From Tubulanus polymorphus (Eukaryota > Animalia > Nemertea): a stretch of DNA of 64,000 nt. Every line of letters begins with the position of its first letter. Position 1 is the stretch's first letter. The notes beneath the pieces are model-generated. The model saw only the letters and a list, made by a program, of their open reading frames with translations, ran no database searches and was not told where the DNA came from. The position numbers were made by a program, and so were the translations under genes. Positions 12,349 to 25,465 of the stretch are shown one piece after another. The DNA lies in the NCBI RefSeq assembly GCF_964204645.1, contig NC_134030.1:11305947-11369946 (forward strand), written 5' to 3'.

Positions 12349-14238
12349 TTGTAATTGATATCAAGATGCACAAAATTACGAATCTGTGCTACTGAGCAGA
12401 GTAGGCCTAGCCGTAAATAACTGGACTAGCGGGTTAAAGAGAAAATAGCCCGAAGAAAGCACTGACGCGGTGCCTGAGCGAAGAAAGGGTTATTGTGTTA
12501 TCGACTAGTTGAGTGCCGAATGGCCTATTATTGTGCGTTCAATAGAACATGGCCCGTTACAAACAGAGTGAGGTAACGGAACAACTTGCAGTAGGGAAGA
12601 TAAAAAGATACAGATAAACAGGTGGATACAGCGGAATTAACGAAATTAAATTTGTTATCGATTGCCCCGATAGTGTCTGTGGATCTACGGCGTGAAACCA
12701 ATTATACTCCCCGATAGGTGCCGCCTGCAGACGGCCGGCACCTATAACCGGGTTCCCGGAATAACACGGCTGTTCGGTGCAGCATAAACATGTTAACAGG
12801 GGAGTAAACTTCCTTTTCGTAGCATGCCGTGGAAAACGACGTTCCGCGAACCACATCTTTTTCTTTGCTGTGCCTTTTATACCCCTTGGCCTTCGCTTCA
12901 AAGCCGCTTGCGCAAAAGCAACACAGTGTCGCCATCGTGGATCAACTGTGGCAAGTGTCGTCGTCTGACTTTGCCTCCACGCGAAACCGCGTGTGGAGGC
13001 AAAAATAGAATGCTCGCGTAACCTCATCGCTAAGCCGCGCCCCCTGTTATGACGTCAAAATGACGCTCTTATGACGCTGACACTGCGCAGCGCGAGGAAT
13101 ATTTGAATTCCGCACTTCTCGTCGTTATTCGATGATTTAACAAGTTTATTTATCCAATCGATCCTCCAAAGAGTAAACAATGAAAAGATATGACGTTCGA
13201 GCGGGGCCATGTTTTAGTGGCTATGATGCAGCCGTGTTTACGACGATACTCAATGTTTGTATAAATGAATTACTCAAACATTGAATACCGGTATTCAAAT
13301 AAGGCGGACTCAGAGTTCAAGCGTGAAATGTTATTTTCACTTTATCCAATTGAACGGATTACCGAATAACACCGGTATCCGTTTAGGCATAGATGTAATG
13401 TAGTTAAGGTAGTCGAGTGATGGTCGAGTGTACCACAGCCATGAAAATAGTTAAATAGAGTGATGATCGAATGGATATCTCGGCATAGGTATATGGAAAT
13501 AGAACCGCAGTCGAATGGACTACCAACCTAAATTGAAATGAAATCGAGTGGATGAGCTGGGGGAGGGGGTTGATCCAATTCATTGACGGCTGCATTAGTA
13601 TACGCAGTATACGGAGCTCCGCGAACCGGCCATTCTCAGGACTGGGTGAATTATGAGTCACCGATTATGTAACTCGCTTGGTTTGGCGCCGGTTGTCGTA
13701 CCCGTTGCCGGGCCGAGTGAAAAACGCCCGATATTGTTGTAGATGTGCTGATCTCAGGAATGCAGACCTTTCACCCAGTCCTGGCAGGTTGGCTTTGCAG
13801 GGGAGCGCCCCCCCCCTAAAATTTCAAGGTGCCCTAAAAAAGATGTGTTTAATTGGGTTTTTCAAAAATATATATAGTTTACTTTTCCCGTGACTTTCAT
13901 GGGGGGCTAGACCACTCTTCCTTTTCGACTCTTATCTTTGGCTATCTAATACATGTCTAGGATATAGGATTCGCAAAGGCTCCCAGGTGCCACCAGAAAA
14001 GCCCAGATAGCTCTAAAATTACATCAAATTTAGGAAATACTTGAACTTACCAGAGCTTTAGGCTGCTGCTATATCAAGCTTCCCCACGTAGATACCTACG
14101 TCACTTTCTCCTATCTTCTAATGTCTTATGTTTGACGTAAGCACGTAGGTTGCTTGTTAACTGCAACCACTTCCTTGAACTCCAGCTTCCTTTCCCGTTA
14201 TCTAAACAACTAATATATCACCGCAATATAACCACCAG

Positions 14239-14365
14239 GGGCCGGTTGCTCAAAAGTTGGTTAGAGTTAACCAGTGGATAGTTGATATGGTGACAATTGA
14301 AATTTCATTGTTACTATGGTATTTAACGGCCGGTTATCTTTAACCAACTTTTGAGCAACTGGCCC
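14239..14365. mobile_element. Harbinger-like MITE
   Basis: Near-palindrome GGGCCGGTTGCTCAAAAGTTGGTTA...TAACCAACTTTTGAGCAACTGGCCC flanked by a CAG direct repeat. Confidence 0.8.
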
Positions 14366-16231
14366 CAGATGTTTTTGTCGTTTACTTTTCTCCCTAAATC
14401 AGAAAGGCAGGAAACCATCTTTGGGCACAAACCATCTTCGTGGAAAGAATAGCGCCTACCAGCGCCGGATTTCTTGATCAATATATCGGAATACCAGCTT
14501 TCCCTAGAAGAAACCGAGGTACACTATGCTATGAAAACCATCAACGAACTCCACCGACGTATCGAAAATATTGTGTATAACAAAAATAGGACGATAACTT
14601 ATGGTGAACCGAATGTCAATATAGCTCCTTCCTTGAAATTATCAGACATACAACCAGCGCTACCGGTCAGCGGCTCAACTTTGAATCAACGTTCATACGG
14701 TACTATTGAAAGACTTTGAAAAAAGGATACTCAGATCTGCTCGTTCGACAAAGACAACGAATTTGGGCGTTCATGGATATTTTGAAAAATTGGACAAAAC
14801 TTTGTTTGACGAAAGTAACTTCACCGTTAGAAAAAATCGCCCGATCGGAAGCATCGAATGATAATGATAATATTCAAAAGAAAACAAGAGGGTTTTGTGC
14901 AAATTAGCAGGCTGAACCTTAGTTCCATTCGAATGGCAATGGGGTTCTCCGGCAAATATAAATATCCAAATAAATGGATATTTGTTGGTTCCGTGATTTT
15001 AGTAATTTATGTAGAAGCCTCGGTTTGAATACTGATTTCATAGATAATATGCAACGAGTTGACAGCCAGTGCAAACGTGTATTGATTTATCAATCATGAA
15101 ATTCATGCCAGGAAAGAAAATTAGTTTATTAGCTTAGCTTAGGTGCGGGGTCCTGGGTTGGTAAATAGAATTGGGTTGTATATCACTTTATTAATGTTTT
15201 GTAGATATGTCACAGGATTTACATGACTTCCGAGATCTAACAAAACAATTACACTGTTAAAAACTATGGCTAACTATCAAATTACTCCCGGAACAATGTT
15301 GGAGTAAAAAAGCTCATGTATTTTCAGTGCTATTTGAATTATTAATTAATTATTAATAATTATTATTGAATCTAATTTATATAATGCATGGTGACTTAAT
15401 CCCGTTTACTTAAAATATTGTTAGTCTATGATATTTGTTTGTAAGGCTTTTAATAACTTGGTTTACGGGTAGACCTATTCAAATATCATTTCACAGAAGA
15501 ATAAAAACATTTAAAAAATTCCTTTGAGATAAAATCACTTTTTGAAGGAAGAGTGAACCGTCGATAGGGCAATGTACATATGCCAGAACAAAAGATTCTT
15601 GGAAAGTTCGAATTCTGCACACCGCAATCGATAAAGAACCTCGCGTTTTTCAACCTTTTTCATCATTCAAGACAGGATTCTCTTTCGGCGGAGGTGAAGG
15701 AAAATTTCTTTGGATCAACTTCGTTCCACGGACGGGAATAAAAATAAAAAGGAATTTATTTGTATTAGACTTTTCCTCAAATTTCGTAGGTACACCAAGC
15801 TATTAGAAATGCATAAAGAAGATGATTATAACTACATGTCACAATAATAAAATGAATACAGCTCAAATGGATATTTTGCAAAAGTTCCAAACGAAGAACT
15901 AGAATACGCAGAATCAGAGTTTTGAATCCGGTAGTCAAAGTAAAGCTTGAACCGCGTAACTAAAATTGGCAGTTGATGTTCCTTGCCGCTGATAAAACGG
16001 CGCATCCTATTGATCACTTTGAAGATCTTCACCAACAAAAACAATTGACAACCCAATCATTGATTCATTTACCCGCAGCTTTATTGAATCTAATCGTAAC
16101 ACGATATCTGATGACTGAGTTACAAAGATAAATTCTTTTCGAGCTTTTTCAGCTAACCGTTGTTCAATTTCGATGGGATATACCCCAAACCCCCATCAGT
16201 ATATCCCATTTTGAACTTCTATCACCTACGA

Positions 16232-16768
16232 TTAAGAACAAAATCCTTTACATTGGCCGCGGCAACACTTCGAAGCACTGCCGACACACACCATACCCTT
16301 TGTCAAGCAACCTATATTTAAAATAAACCATGAAATGTAAAATGGAATTTCGAGGTGGAGCACGATTTTACTTAAATTGAAGAAATAATTGAACCCCCAA
16401 CCCCGGATGTAGGACCGGTGATAATCCTGACGACGAAGGTGGTAGATGCCCTCGTTCATGTCGACCATTCATACAAACAAATAAATACCGATGTTTAGGA
16501 AATATATGTATATAATAAGGAAAAATTAAATTGGATTTTTTTCAGAATATAAGTATGTTATATTATCCATGTAATGCAGTTTATCACATAGATTCGTTCG
16601 ATCGATAAACAACTACGTACTAAATGTTTACTGATGATTGAGACTTGAACTCGACATATTATTCATGGAATCCTATGAAATTGTCTATTATTTTCCTAGT
16701 CATAACTCACCTTCTGCAAATGCCACGGTACTGACCACAATCACAACAATAGCGCATATGCGGGTCAT
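16232..16768 (-). CDS. Small secreted cystine-knot (C-C-CC-C-C) peptide, toxin/defence-like
   Basis: Exon 16768-16711 encodes signal peptide MTRICAIVVIVVSTVAFAE with a GTGAGT donor (phase 1). Exon 16311-16232 has a TAG acceptor (phase 1) and encodes GCLTKGMVCVGSASKCCRGQCKGFCS-stop. A possible propeptide exon lies at 16470-16402 (phase 1-1, contains RR). Confidence 0.7.
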
Positions 16769-18865
16769 TGAATAAGCAAACATTTTCAACACCTAGAATG
16801 TGAATTGAATGTATATACTAGCAATTTGCGGGGAATCCAAAATATTCTGATTTTTCAGCAATTGTTGATAGGCTTTCTGTGAATAAACCTTTTGTCAGAT
16901 GATGGTACTCGTATGACGAACTAAAAGGAAACGCTAGCGCGGCAGGCGCAAAATGCAATACGAGCGCTGTAGGGGGTTTGTGGACCTCCCCAAGACTTTT
17001 GAAAATCAGATCCTCTCGAATGCATTTTCCTGGTTTTCAGGACTTAAATTGATCGGTCACATTTTAGTCACTCAAAATTTATCGATGAATACTTACGGTT
17101 ACAGGTTGAGTTTTATCAACTGATATTTTGCAAACTGTAAAAGCTAGAATAAAAGTGAAGTCAGTTTTCAAAAGAGACAGACTTTCAGATGATATACGTT
17201 TGATGGCAGTACTCTAAATAACCAGGAGGGAATTTATCACTACTATATACTACACTACTGTTTCTGATGTGGTAAATGATGCTCACAGTCATTTCCGTAA
17301 TTTCTTATATGCTTCCTTCATCCGAGAAAGACAGTAAGCGCGATCAAAAATAGGGAGGGGGGATTGAATCAGCGCCTTCTCAGCCCCGTTATCTAGTCGA
17401 GAATCATTTGATTGAAATTAGTTCCTCACCCCAGTTATGAGAAAAATTTGGTTATGAATTTTAGCTTATATTAGAATCTCCATCGGTTAAAATCTAAAAA
17501 TGCTTTAAACTACTACTATATTTGACAGCATGATCAGTGACACGTCTTGAACAATCATTACACGCTTGCTATCACAATACGTTTGTCATGTACTTACGGT
17601 TTTGCCTTCGAGTTAAAGTGTAGTTGCTGCATTCAATATAGGAACCTATATGTAGAAAATTTGCTCATGAATTGACACTTTAGATATTTGATATACTATT
17701 TACTTTTCTATTCGTGTTTTTCAATTTGCCGGGTTTTAAATTCAGTAATTGAATCTAGAGTGAGAACGTGTGATACATGAAAAAATTTCATCTCAGTCAA
17801 TTATTTACTAACCATTCAAGACCCGATATTATCTAGTAACTAATAAACGTATTCCACCGTGTCAAATTAAACCCATGTAAAACTGTGGAACTGGGTACAT
17901 AGTTATTTAAACTCACACGTGGAACTGGATTCAGAGTCCAAATAACTCTTTACAATTGAGGATTTTGGTTCATAGCCCCGAATAGAGCGTTAAAATAAAT
18001 GTTGGTACCAATCTTGGTAAACTCTAAATAGATAGAGCGAGCAGCTACAGATCAATTATTTAGTATATCACATCAGATTACATGAAAATACTTTTCTACT
18101 TGGATATTTTACGAACCAATCATGCAGTTCCTCAAGTAGTATCTTGGTTTAGGGGTGTTTTCAACTGTTAATTGTGTGGGTTAAAATGTGACTCGGAAAC
18201 ACTTTCACACGTGTTTCTTAATGCAAGTTGAATACGTTCATCAGTTAGCTACACTGAACTACAGATGCGGATAGTTAAAATCCCAAATAAATTGAAACAA
18301 TAAATATCAACTCAAATCTAGCCGGACGAGTTTGGAATTTCTAGCGATAGCGCAACTGCTACGCTAGGTCACTCCTGGATACAGCGAAATATCTTTACGG
18401 AAATTTGGGAGGCCGGGATTCAGAAGAAAAGAAAGCAGCGATGTCATGTACAACTTGGGGGGACCCATTTTCGGTATCGGATGATTTCTAAAAGAATGAT
18501 TTCCGAGATGATGAGTTTCAAATTCGCAGGTTTTAATTGACAATCTTTTTCTTGAAGAAAAGGACAACTTCAATGGGAAGGCAGGGTCTGGACTGCCAAA
18601 ACCACCCACTAAATCTAACCCTGCATTAGTGAATAAGAAGTTTGAGATCGATGGAAACCAAACAGTATAGATCTGAATGAACGGATTAGAGATGTCCAAC
18701 CTGATATGCATCTAAACCAAATTGTGCCAGTCGGGTCAATCAAGGCGACTGTTACAAACGACAATAGACTTCTGCTGAATTTCCTTAATAGATCGACCAT
18801 TTTAGTGAAAAAGGAAGTATTTTCGCAAGTTTGACAAATCATTTTGCATGTTTGTATTATAGCTG

Positions 18866-18888
18866 ATATATATATATATATATATATA
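18866..18888. repeat. (AT)n microsatellite
   Basis: About 11 AT units read directly. Confidence 0.9.
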
Positions 18889-20199
18889 TTTACATCCGAT
18901 CATTATCTATCTATTCCGAAAGTTATATATATATATTATATATACATACATACATCAGCTGTGACTGATGCCCCATCGGCTTTGTTCACAACGATATATG
19001 ATATATAATGTTGTAAGTTTTCAATTCATTCAGTCACGTCGAGTGAAGGAAATTTAAATCCAATTTCACACTTCACGGTAAATATCGATATATGAAATTT
19101 CAATAATGCTACGCGGCTGGGAATCAATATTAAACATTTAGCTGAGAACAATTATTCATCGCGAACTGAAATAATTGGCTCTTAATAGTTTGATAGTTAA
19201 CACTTCAATATCATACGAAATACTTCTAAGAGCAAAACCGACTACACTATTAATAGCCTTTATCTGGGAACACGAAGGTATAACAAATGTGGTGGGTCAA
19301 TATCCGCCGGTAACCGGTAATTTTTACCGGCCTGCCGATGTCTAGTTACCGCCTGAAAAAAATCCCGCTTGAAATTTTTCGGGAGCTACCTTCCCGGGAC
19401 TCGAACTCACACGAGTTGTGATACGCGCACGTCTTAGAACTAACGACAATTATTAGATATGGCGGCACCCCCTAAAGAAGCGATGCCAGTTTTCGTTACT
19501 GACATTTTAAGCAAGGTTCGTTGAGTTATTGTGTCGATAAAACAACGATAATATACTTGGTTTCGAGGCTTCAATAACAAGAAAGAGTGAACGGCTTTCA
19601 TACACAAAAATTTAAGCAGTTAGCAGCGCGACGCTGTTCCGTCATACGTTACTCCACACCACGTGTATACTACTGCCACTGCTGTAACTACATGTATTAA
19701 CTATTGCACGCGCTCTCCGTAGTTTCGTTAATAATCAGTTGATTTACCTTTATTTTGCATCAATATGTTTAGTACGGATTTTGCATTACGAAATAAACGA
19801 TGATTTTGGCTTAAGATGCTACATTTCATTATGATCAAATTCGAATGCTGCAATGCAAGCGGGCCACTGACGACTGTGGTGTATAAAGCCTGCTGCTGCT
19901 GCTGGATGTCATTGTTATTAAATAGCTAAAATATGGAATGGATGCTCAGTAAAGACATGGATTTCAAAATACGGTTGTGAATATGGTTATGAACTTACAA
20001 AATCAGGAGTACGGGTTGGTTATTCACTTCCACTGCTGGTAAATCGGGGCGGCATCACGTGCGCTTAAACATTCACTGCGGGCGTGTTGCATAGCAATGA
20101 ATTAGCAATGAATTAGATATATGTAAAATGTCGTCACTTGCATCAGAGTTGCGTCAACTTTTACTGGGAAACATCGGGGTGTAGGCGCTAGATTAAAGA

Positions 20200-21524
20200 G
20201 AGAACAAGATATTAAGTTAGGCCAAGAAAAAGATGCGTTTATGTTGCTTTTATGGTGCTTGGCCCACACATTTGCGTTGGCTACTAACGATAGCAACGAA
20301 TATGTCCGCTATATCGTTCATTGAGGAGGACCTCAGGACCCTCTGGAAATTCTTTGAGAAAGGCCCAAAACGAGTAGCAATCTATTCTAAAATCAATTTA
20401 GGATACAGGCAGAGAAATTCAGAACCAAATGAGGTGAGACGAAAATCTAAACGAGTTGTTAAAAGCTGCAGGACTAGATGGTTGAGTTTGGGAAAACGCA
20501 TCACGGCTGTAAAAAAAATTCATTCCACTTGACTGTCACTACACTTCTACAATTAAAGGATTCAGATCCACCTAGTGCTGTCAGTTTATTCAAAAAGCTC
20601 AACTGCATTAAATTCATTGGTGCAGTATACATTTTTGAGGCAGTATTGCCTCGTTTGAATGCACTCAGCAGATGTTTTCAGGCGTTTGTCTTGAATTTTC
20701 GCACATAAAGCCATGTATCGAACACTGCAAACCGGAGTTAAATGAGTTAATCGTTGACAAAAAACCAATTGTTACCTTAGAAAAAGATGTAGGTGAAGGT
20801 AGACAATTGACACGGAACGGTCTTGAATTGGATTTAACAGCAGGATCGAAAGTTGTTCTGGAAAGCATGTTAGAAAAGTAGTAAAAATTTCAGCTCTAAA
20901 AACATATCGATGAAAGGTTCGAATCAAGTGCCCCTATACCGAAAACATTCACAATATTTGATCCTACACTTCTGCCAAAGAAAGATGATGTTGCTGTATT
21001 CAGGACTCATGGCAAAGAAGAAATGAGAAAGGCAATTCCTAGCTTTACTGTACTTCAATTTTAATGAAAGCATGTATCTAAATAATCACCGGAATGCTAA
21101 TGAATTATTTTTTAGATAACTAACATGTACTCTTTTGACAGACTGGTAAAAGTTGAACTGTTAGCAGAGTGGAAGCTTTTTAAATTTCATATGGCTGAAT
21201 TTACTTAACCAAGACAGACAGGCAAACTGCTTGAACGTACGTTCGCCTACCACCTACGTGTTGAACAAGTTGTTAGGTATGAAGGAAACCTTTCCAAATC
21301 TGTCCATCTGTCCACTGTGGCCGAGGCAATACTTTCATTGGCATTCAATGCCTGGTCTAACCGTGGAGCAAGCACGTTAAAACGCATAAAGACTAGACTT
21401 AGAAACTCGTAAGTGCCATGAATTCTTTTTCACATTTGCCTAAAATTCATTTGAATTTTGTTTTCAGTTGCATTCAACATTACTACTTACTTGTCGTTTT
21501 TTTCCGAGATTGTCAGACGATATG
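20200..21524 (+). pseudogene. Decayed hAT (ZNF862-like) transposase, 5' part
   Basis: LWKFFEKGPKR, SCRTRWLS, VLPRLNALSRCFQ and KRIKTRLRNS, with stops, frameshifts and introns (e.g. GT 21409 to AG 21508). Confidence 0.8.
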
Positions 21525-21596
21525 AGTAATTGGAAGATGTGGGTTTCAGATCAGAGTACTAGAGTACTAGACACCACTCATCACCACAAGTAATTT
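21525..21596 (+). repeat. Left terminal inverted repeat
   Basis: Exact reverse complement of 36688-36759. Imperfect similarity continues to the ATAAATGGG start of the first gene at each end. Confidence 0.97.
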
Positions 21597-22938
21597 TTTT
21601 TCCTAATAAATGGGGGAGAATGAACACCAGACAGAAAACAATAATGTTAATAAAAATCAATATTATTGCCCGTATTGTAAAAAATACATCGATAAATCTA
21701 ATAAATCTAAACATGAAAAATCTTCAAATCATATAAAAAATGTTATAGATTTTGAAACTTCAGAAAATTCCAATGAAAGAAAAGAACGATTAGAAAATAT
21801 GAATGTGGATGAAATAAAATGTGAAGTTTGTAATGAATTTATAGTAAAAAGGAATTATAATAGACATCTCGAATCACAAAAACACCATCAAAATTTGAGT
21901 AATAATGTTTTAGGAAAAGATTATTTTGACGATAAACCTCAAAAAGTAAAAAAACCAACTTCAAAAACTAAATCCATTTCAAATAAACCTTACATGGAAA
22001 ATGTTAGAAATTATATTGATTCACTAGAAATAAAAGATACAATTGAAATTTTAGAAACATTACATAGTTAAATTGGCCCTGCAGCTATTATATTTAGATT
22101 TTTTAAAGGTACAACAATAGAATATTACAGTACATTTAATGAAATAATAGAAAAAATACTAGATTTGATAACAGATGTTGAATATCCGAAAATTAGTATC
22201 TCAGGGAAAGTAAGTTTTATAAAGTCAGAAGAAAAAATGAATTATAATATTCAAACACACTCTGAAGAAATAATTTCAAAAACACAAATAAAAGAGAAGT
22301 TAGAAAAAATATTTAATGAACTTAAACGTCATATTGAAGAAAGATATTTTGAGGGTTCTGGCTTAACATTGAACGAAATTATATATTTAGATTTAAATGT
22401 TTATAATACAAAAAGGAATAAAACATCAAAAAGTAATAAAATGTTTAAAAATGATTCAAACTTTACAACAGAAAAGGATATTAAAGCATCATCTTATATT
22501 AAATTACCATTTACAACAAAAGCAGTAATAAATGTTCAAAATGAAGATAATAAATGTTTACTATGGTCAATTATTAGTTGCTTACATCCAACACAGGGAA
22601 ATGTTTGTAGAATAACAGATTATCGGAAATATGAAACATTATATAGAATTGATCAATATCCAGTAACTATAAAAATGATTCCTAAAATAGAAAAAGTTAA
22701 TAATTTAAAAATAAATGTATTCGAATTAATGCAATTACCAAAGACAAAAGGTGAAAATATTAAAGATTATACATTGGAAGCTTTATATTTAACAGAATAT
22801 TATGATGATGAAAATGCTATAGATTTGTTATATTATAAAAAAGATGAAAATGAACATTATATATGGTTAAAACAAATTGATTTATTCTTTAGAACAGAAA
22901 GTGATCATCATCATCGTAAAATTCATCTATGTAGAAAT

Positions 22939-23018
22939 CGACTTATTATGTCGAAATTCGACTTAATAAGTCGAAATTGTGAAAAAACTTTCTCGTATGT
23001 CACCTAGGGGCTTCCGTA
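22939..23018. mobile_element. ~80-bp foreign fragment (end of a non-autonomous DNA transposon) at an internal polB deletion
   Basis: CGACTTATTATGTCGAAATTCGACTTAATAAGTCGAAA...TATGTCACCTAGGGGCTTCCGTA has short internal palindromes and a composition unlike the viral DNA. It joins ..HLCRN directly to ..RFLDSY. Confidence 0.55.
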
Positions 23019-24401
23019 GGTTGCATTAGATTTTTAGATTCTTATAGATTTCTAGCAAGTTCATTAGATAATTTATCAAAAAGTTTAGTTGATAATGATT
23101 TTATAATAACTCGATATTATTATTCAAATGAACAAGATTTTAAATTATTGAGATATAAAGGTGCAATTCCTTATTCATTTTATAAAACACACAATGATTT
23201 TAATGTAACAGAATTATTAAAAGATCAATTTTATGATCAATTAAAAGAGGAGTACGTGAAAGACGAAGTGTTTAATAGAACATTAAATATTTGGAATCAT
23301 TTTAAGATGAAAAATCATGGTGAATTAGTTGATTTATATTTAAAATCAGATGTTATGATATTGGCTGACATATTTGAAAAATTTAGAGAAGTTAATTTGA
23401 ATCATTTTAATGTTGATCCTTGTTATTGCTACTCTAGTCCTGGTTTAACCTGGCAATGTGGTTTAAAATATACAAATGTAGAATTAGATTTATTAAAAGA
23501 ACCAGATATGGTTTTATTATTTGAAAAATCAATTAGAGGTGGAATTAGTGGTGTTATGGGAGATAGATATTTTAAAGCAAATGGTGAATATAAATTATTA
23601 TATATTGACGCCAATAATTTATATGGTTGGGCAATGATGCAACCTCAACCATATAAAAATTTTATATTAACAGAAGTTGAAAATTATGACAAAACTAGTT
23701 GGGAAAGCGCAATTATGAGTTTAGAAGATGAAGCACCAATTGGTTATTTCTTTGTAGTTGATTTAGAATATCCTGAAAATATAAAGTTTAAAACAAGAAA
23801 CTTACCTTATTGCCCAGAACATTTAACTGTAGATGATAGTTATTTAAGTGAATACCAGAAGAAAATAAAACCGAAAGATCATGTTTTTACAGAAAAATTA
23901 ATACTTACTCAAAATAATAAATACAATTATATTGTTCATTATAGAATGTTAAAATTTTATCTAAAACAAGGAATGAAATTAAAGAAAGTACATAGATATA
24001 TTGAATTTAATCAATCGAAGTGGTTAGAAAAATATATAGATTTCAATACTCAACAGAGAACCATATCAAAAACAGATTTTGAAAAAGATTTCTTCAAATT
24101 AATGAATAATAGTTTTTATGGTAAAACATGTGAAAATATTAGAAATAGAAATGATATTGAATTAGTAAATAATTCTGAACGATTAAGACATTTACAATCG
24201 AGTCCTAGACATTTAGGAAATAAAAGATTTGAAGATTATTTAACAGCAGTTAAATTAAAAAGAACGTCAATGAAATTTAATAAACCTATATTCATTGGTT
24301 CAACTGTTTTAGGAGTATCAAAATTATTAATGTATGATTTTTATTATAATGTTTTACAACCACTTTTTGGGGAAAAGCATATTGAAATATTATATTTTGA
24401 T

Positions 24402-25465
24402 TCTGTAACAGCTGACACCCCAATATTATTAAAATGTAATGATAAAATATTAATAAGAAGAATTTCAGAAATAATTCCAAAACAAAATGAATGTTATATT
24501 TCATATGGTGAAAAAGAATTAATACAAATAAATGGTTTAATGGATGTTTGGACAAGAAATGGATGGAAAAAATTAAAGAATATTATTAGGCATAAAACAA
24601 ATAAGAAAATCTATAGAGTTAGAACTAAATTAGGATTTGTAGATGTTACAGAAGATCATAGTTTAATTAAACGAAATGGCGATGAAATAAAACCAACTGA
24701 TATAAAAATTGGAGATGAATTATTACATAAAAGATTTTTCCAAAGAATGAATCATATGTCATTTGATGAAATAATTGATAATATTTATAATATAGAACCC
24801 GAAACATTAGAAGAAAATGAATATTTTATCAAAGGATTTTTCATGGGTGATGGTTCAGCAGGTGTGTATAATTATGTTAATCGCACTCAATATTGCTGGT
24901 ATTTATGCAATCAAGACTTAAAATTATTAGAAAGAATAAAGAAATTCTGTGAAGAAGTTTATCCAAATAAAACATTTAAAATCATGGATGTTATGAAATC
25001 AACAGCAGTTTATAGAATACTTGTAAATAATCCTAAAGATTTTGCTATAAAATATAATGATGAATTCTATATTCATGCAATAGTTAAAAGTAATACTTCA
25101 ACAAAAGAAAAGATAGTTCCAGATTATGTATTAAATGCAAAAAATAATTTAAGAAAATGGTTCTTCATTGGATTCAATGCTGCAGATGGTTCAAAAAGTT
25201 TCAAAAACCGCAAAACAATATCTTTAGCTCAAAAAGGAAAAGTTGCTATATCAGGATTGAATATATTATGCAGTTCATTAGGATTTAATATGAATATTGG
25301 ATTGATTAAATCTAAACCAAATTGCTTTAATTTAAGACATGTAGAAAATGAGTTAACAGAAGAAGTTGAAGATTTATTTGAAATATATAACCCAACTGAC
25401 TATGTTTATGATTTATCAACAGATGATGGAACATTCAATTCTGGGTTCCCATTAATCCAAAAAAT
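24402..25465 (+). mobile_element. Intein with LAGLIDADG homing endonuclease inserted in polB motif C (~355 aa)
   Basis: Block A SVTADTPILL right after YFD; block B GFVDVTEDHSLI (TxxH); LAGLIDADG motifs FIKGFFMGDGS and FFIGFNAADGS; block F YVYDLSTDDGTF. Adding one A to the A6 run at 25459-25464 gives block G LIQKN|TDAY in frame with the polymerase C-terminus. Confidence 0.93.

Noticed and set aside
12557-13027. 156-aa ORF upstream of the hydrolase
   Set aside because: No recognisable domain; probably the non-coding terminal region of the retroelement.
19388-19415. tRNA-like B-box (GGGACTCGAACTC)
   Set aside because: No full cloverleaf can be built; at most a SINE fragment.
25459-25465. Programmed ribosomal frameshift at the intein C-terminus
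   Set aside because: Similar 1-nt losses in A-runs break MCP, integrase and other genes, so decay or assembly error is more parsimonious.
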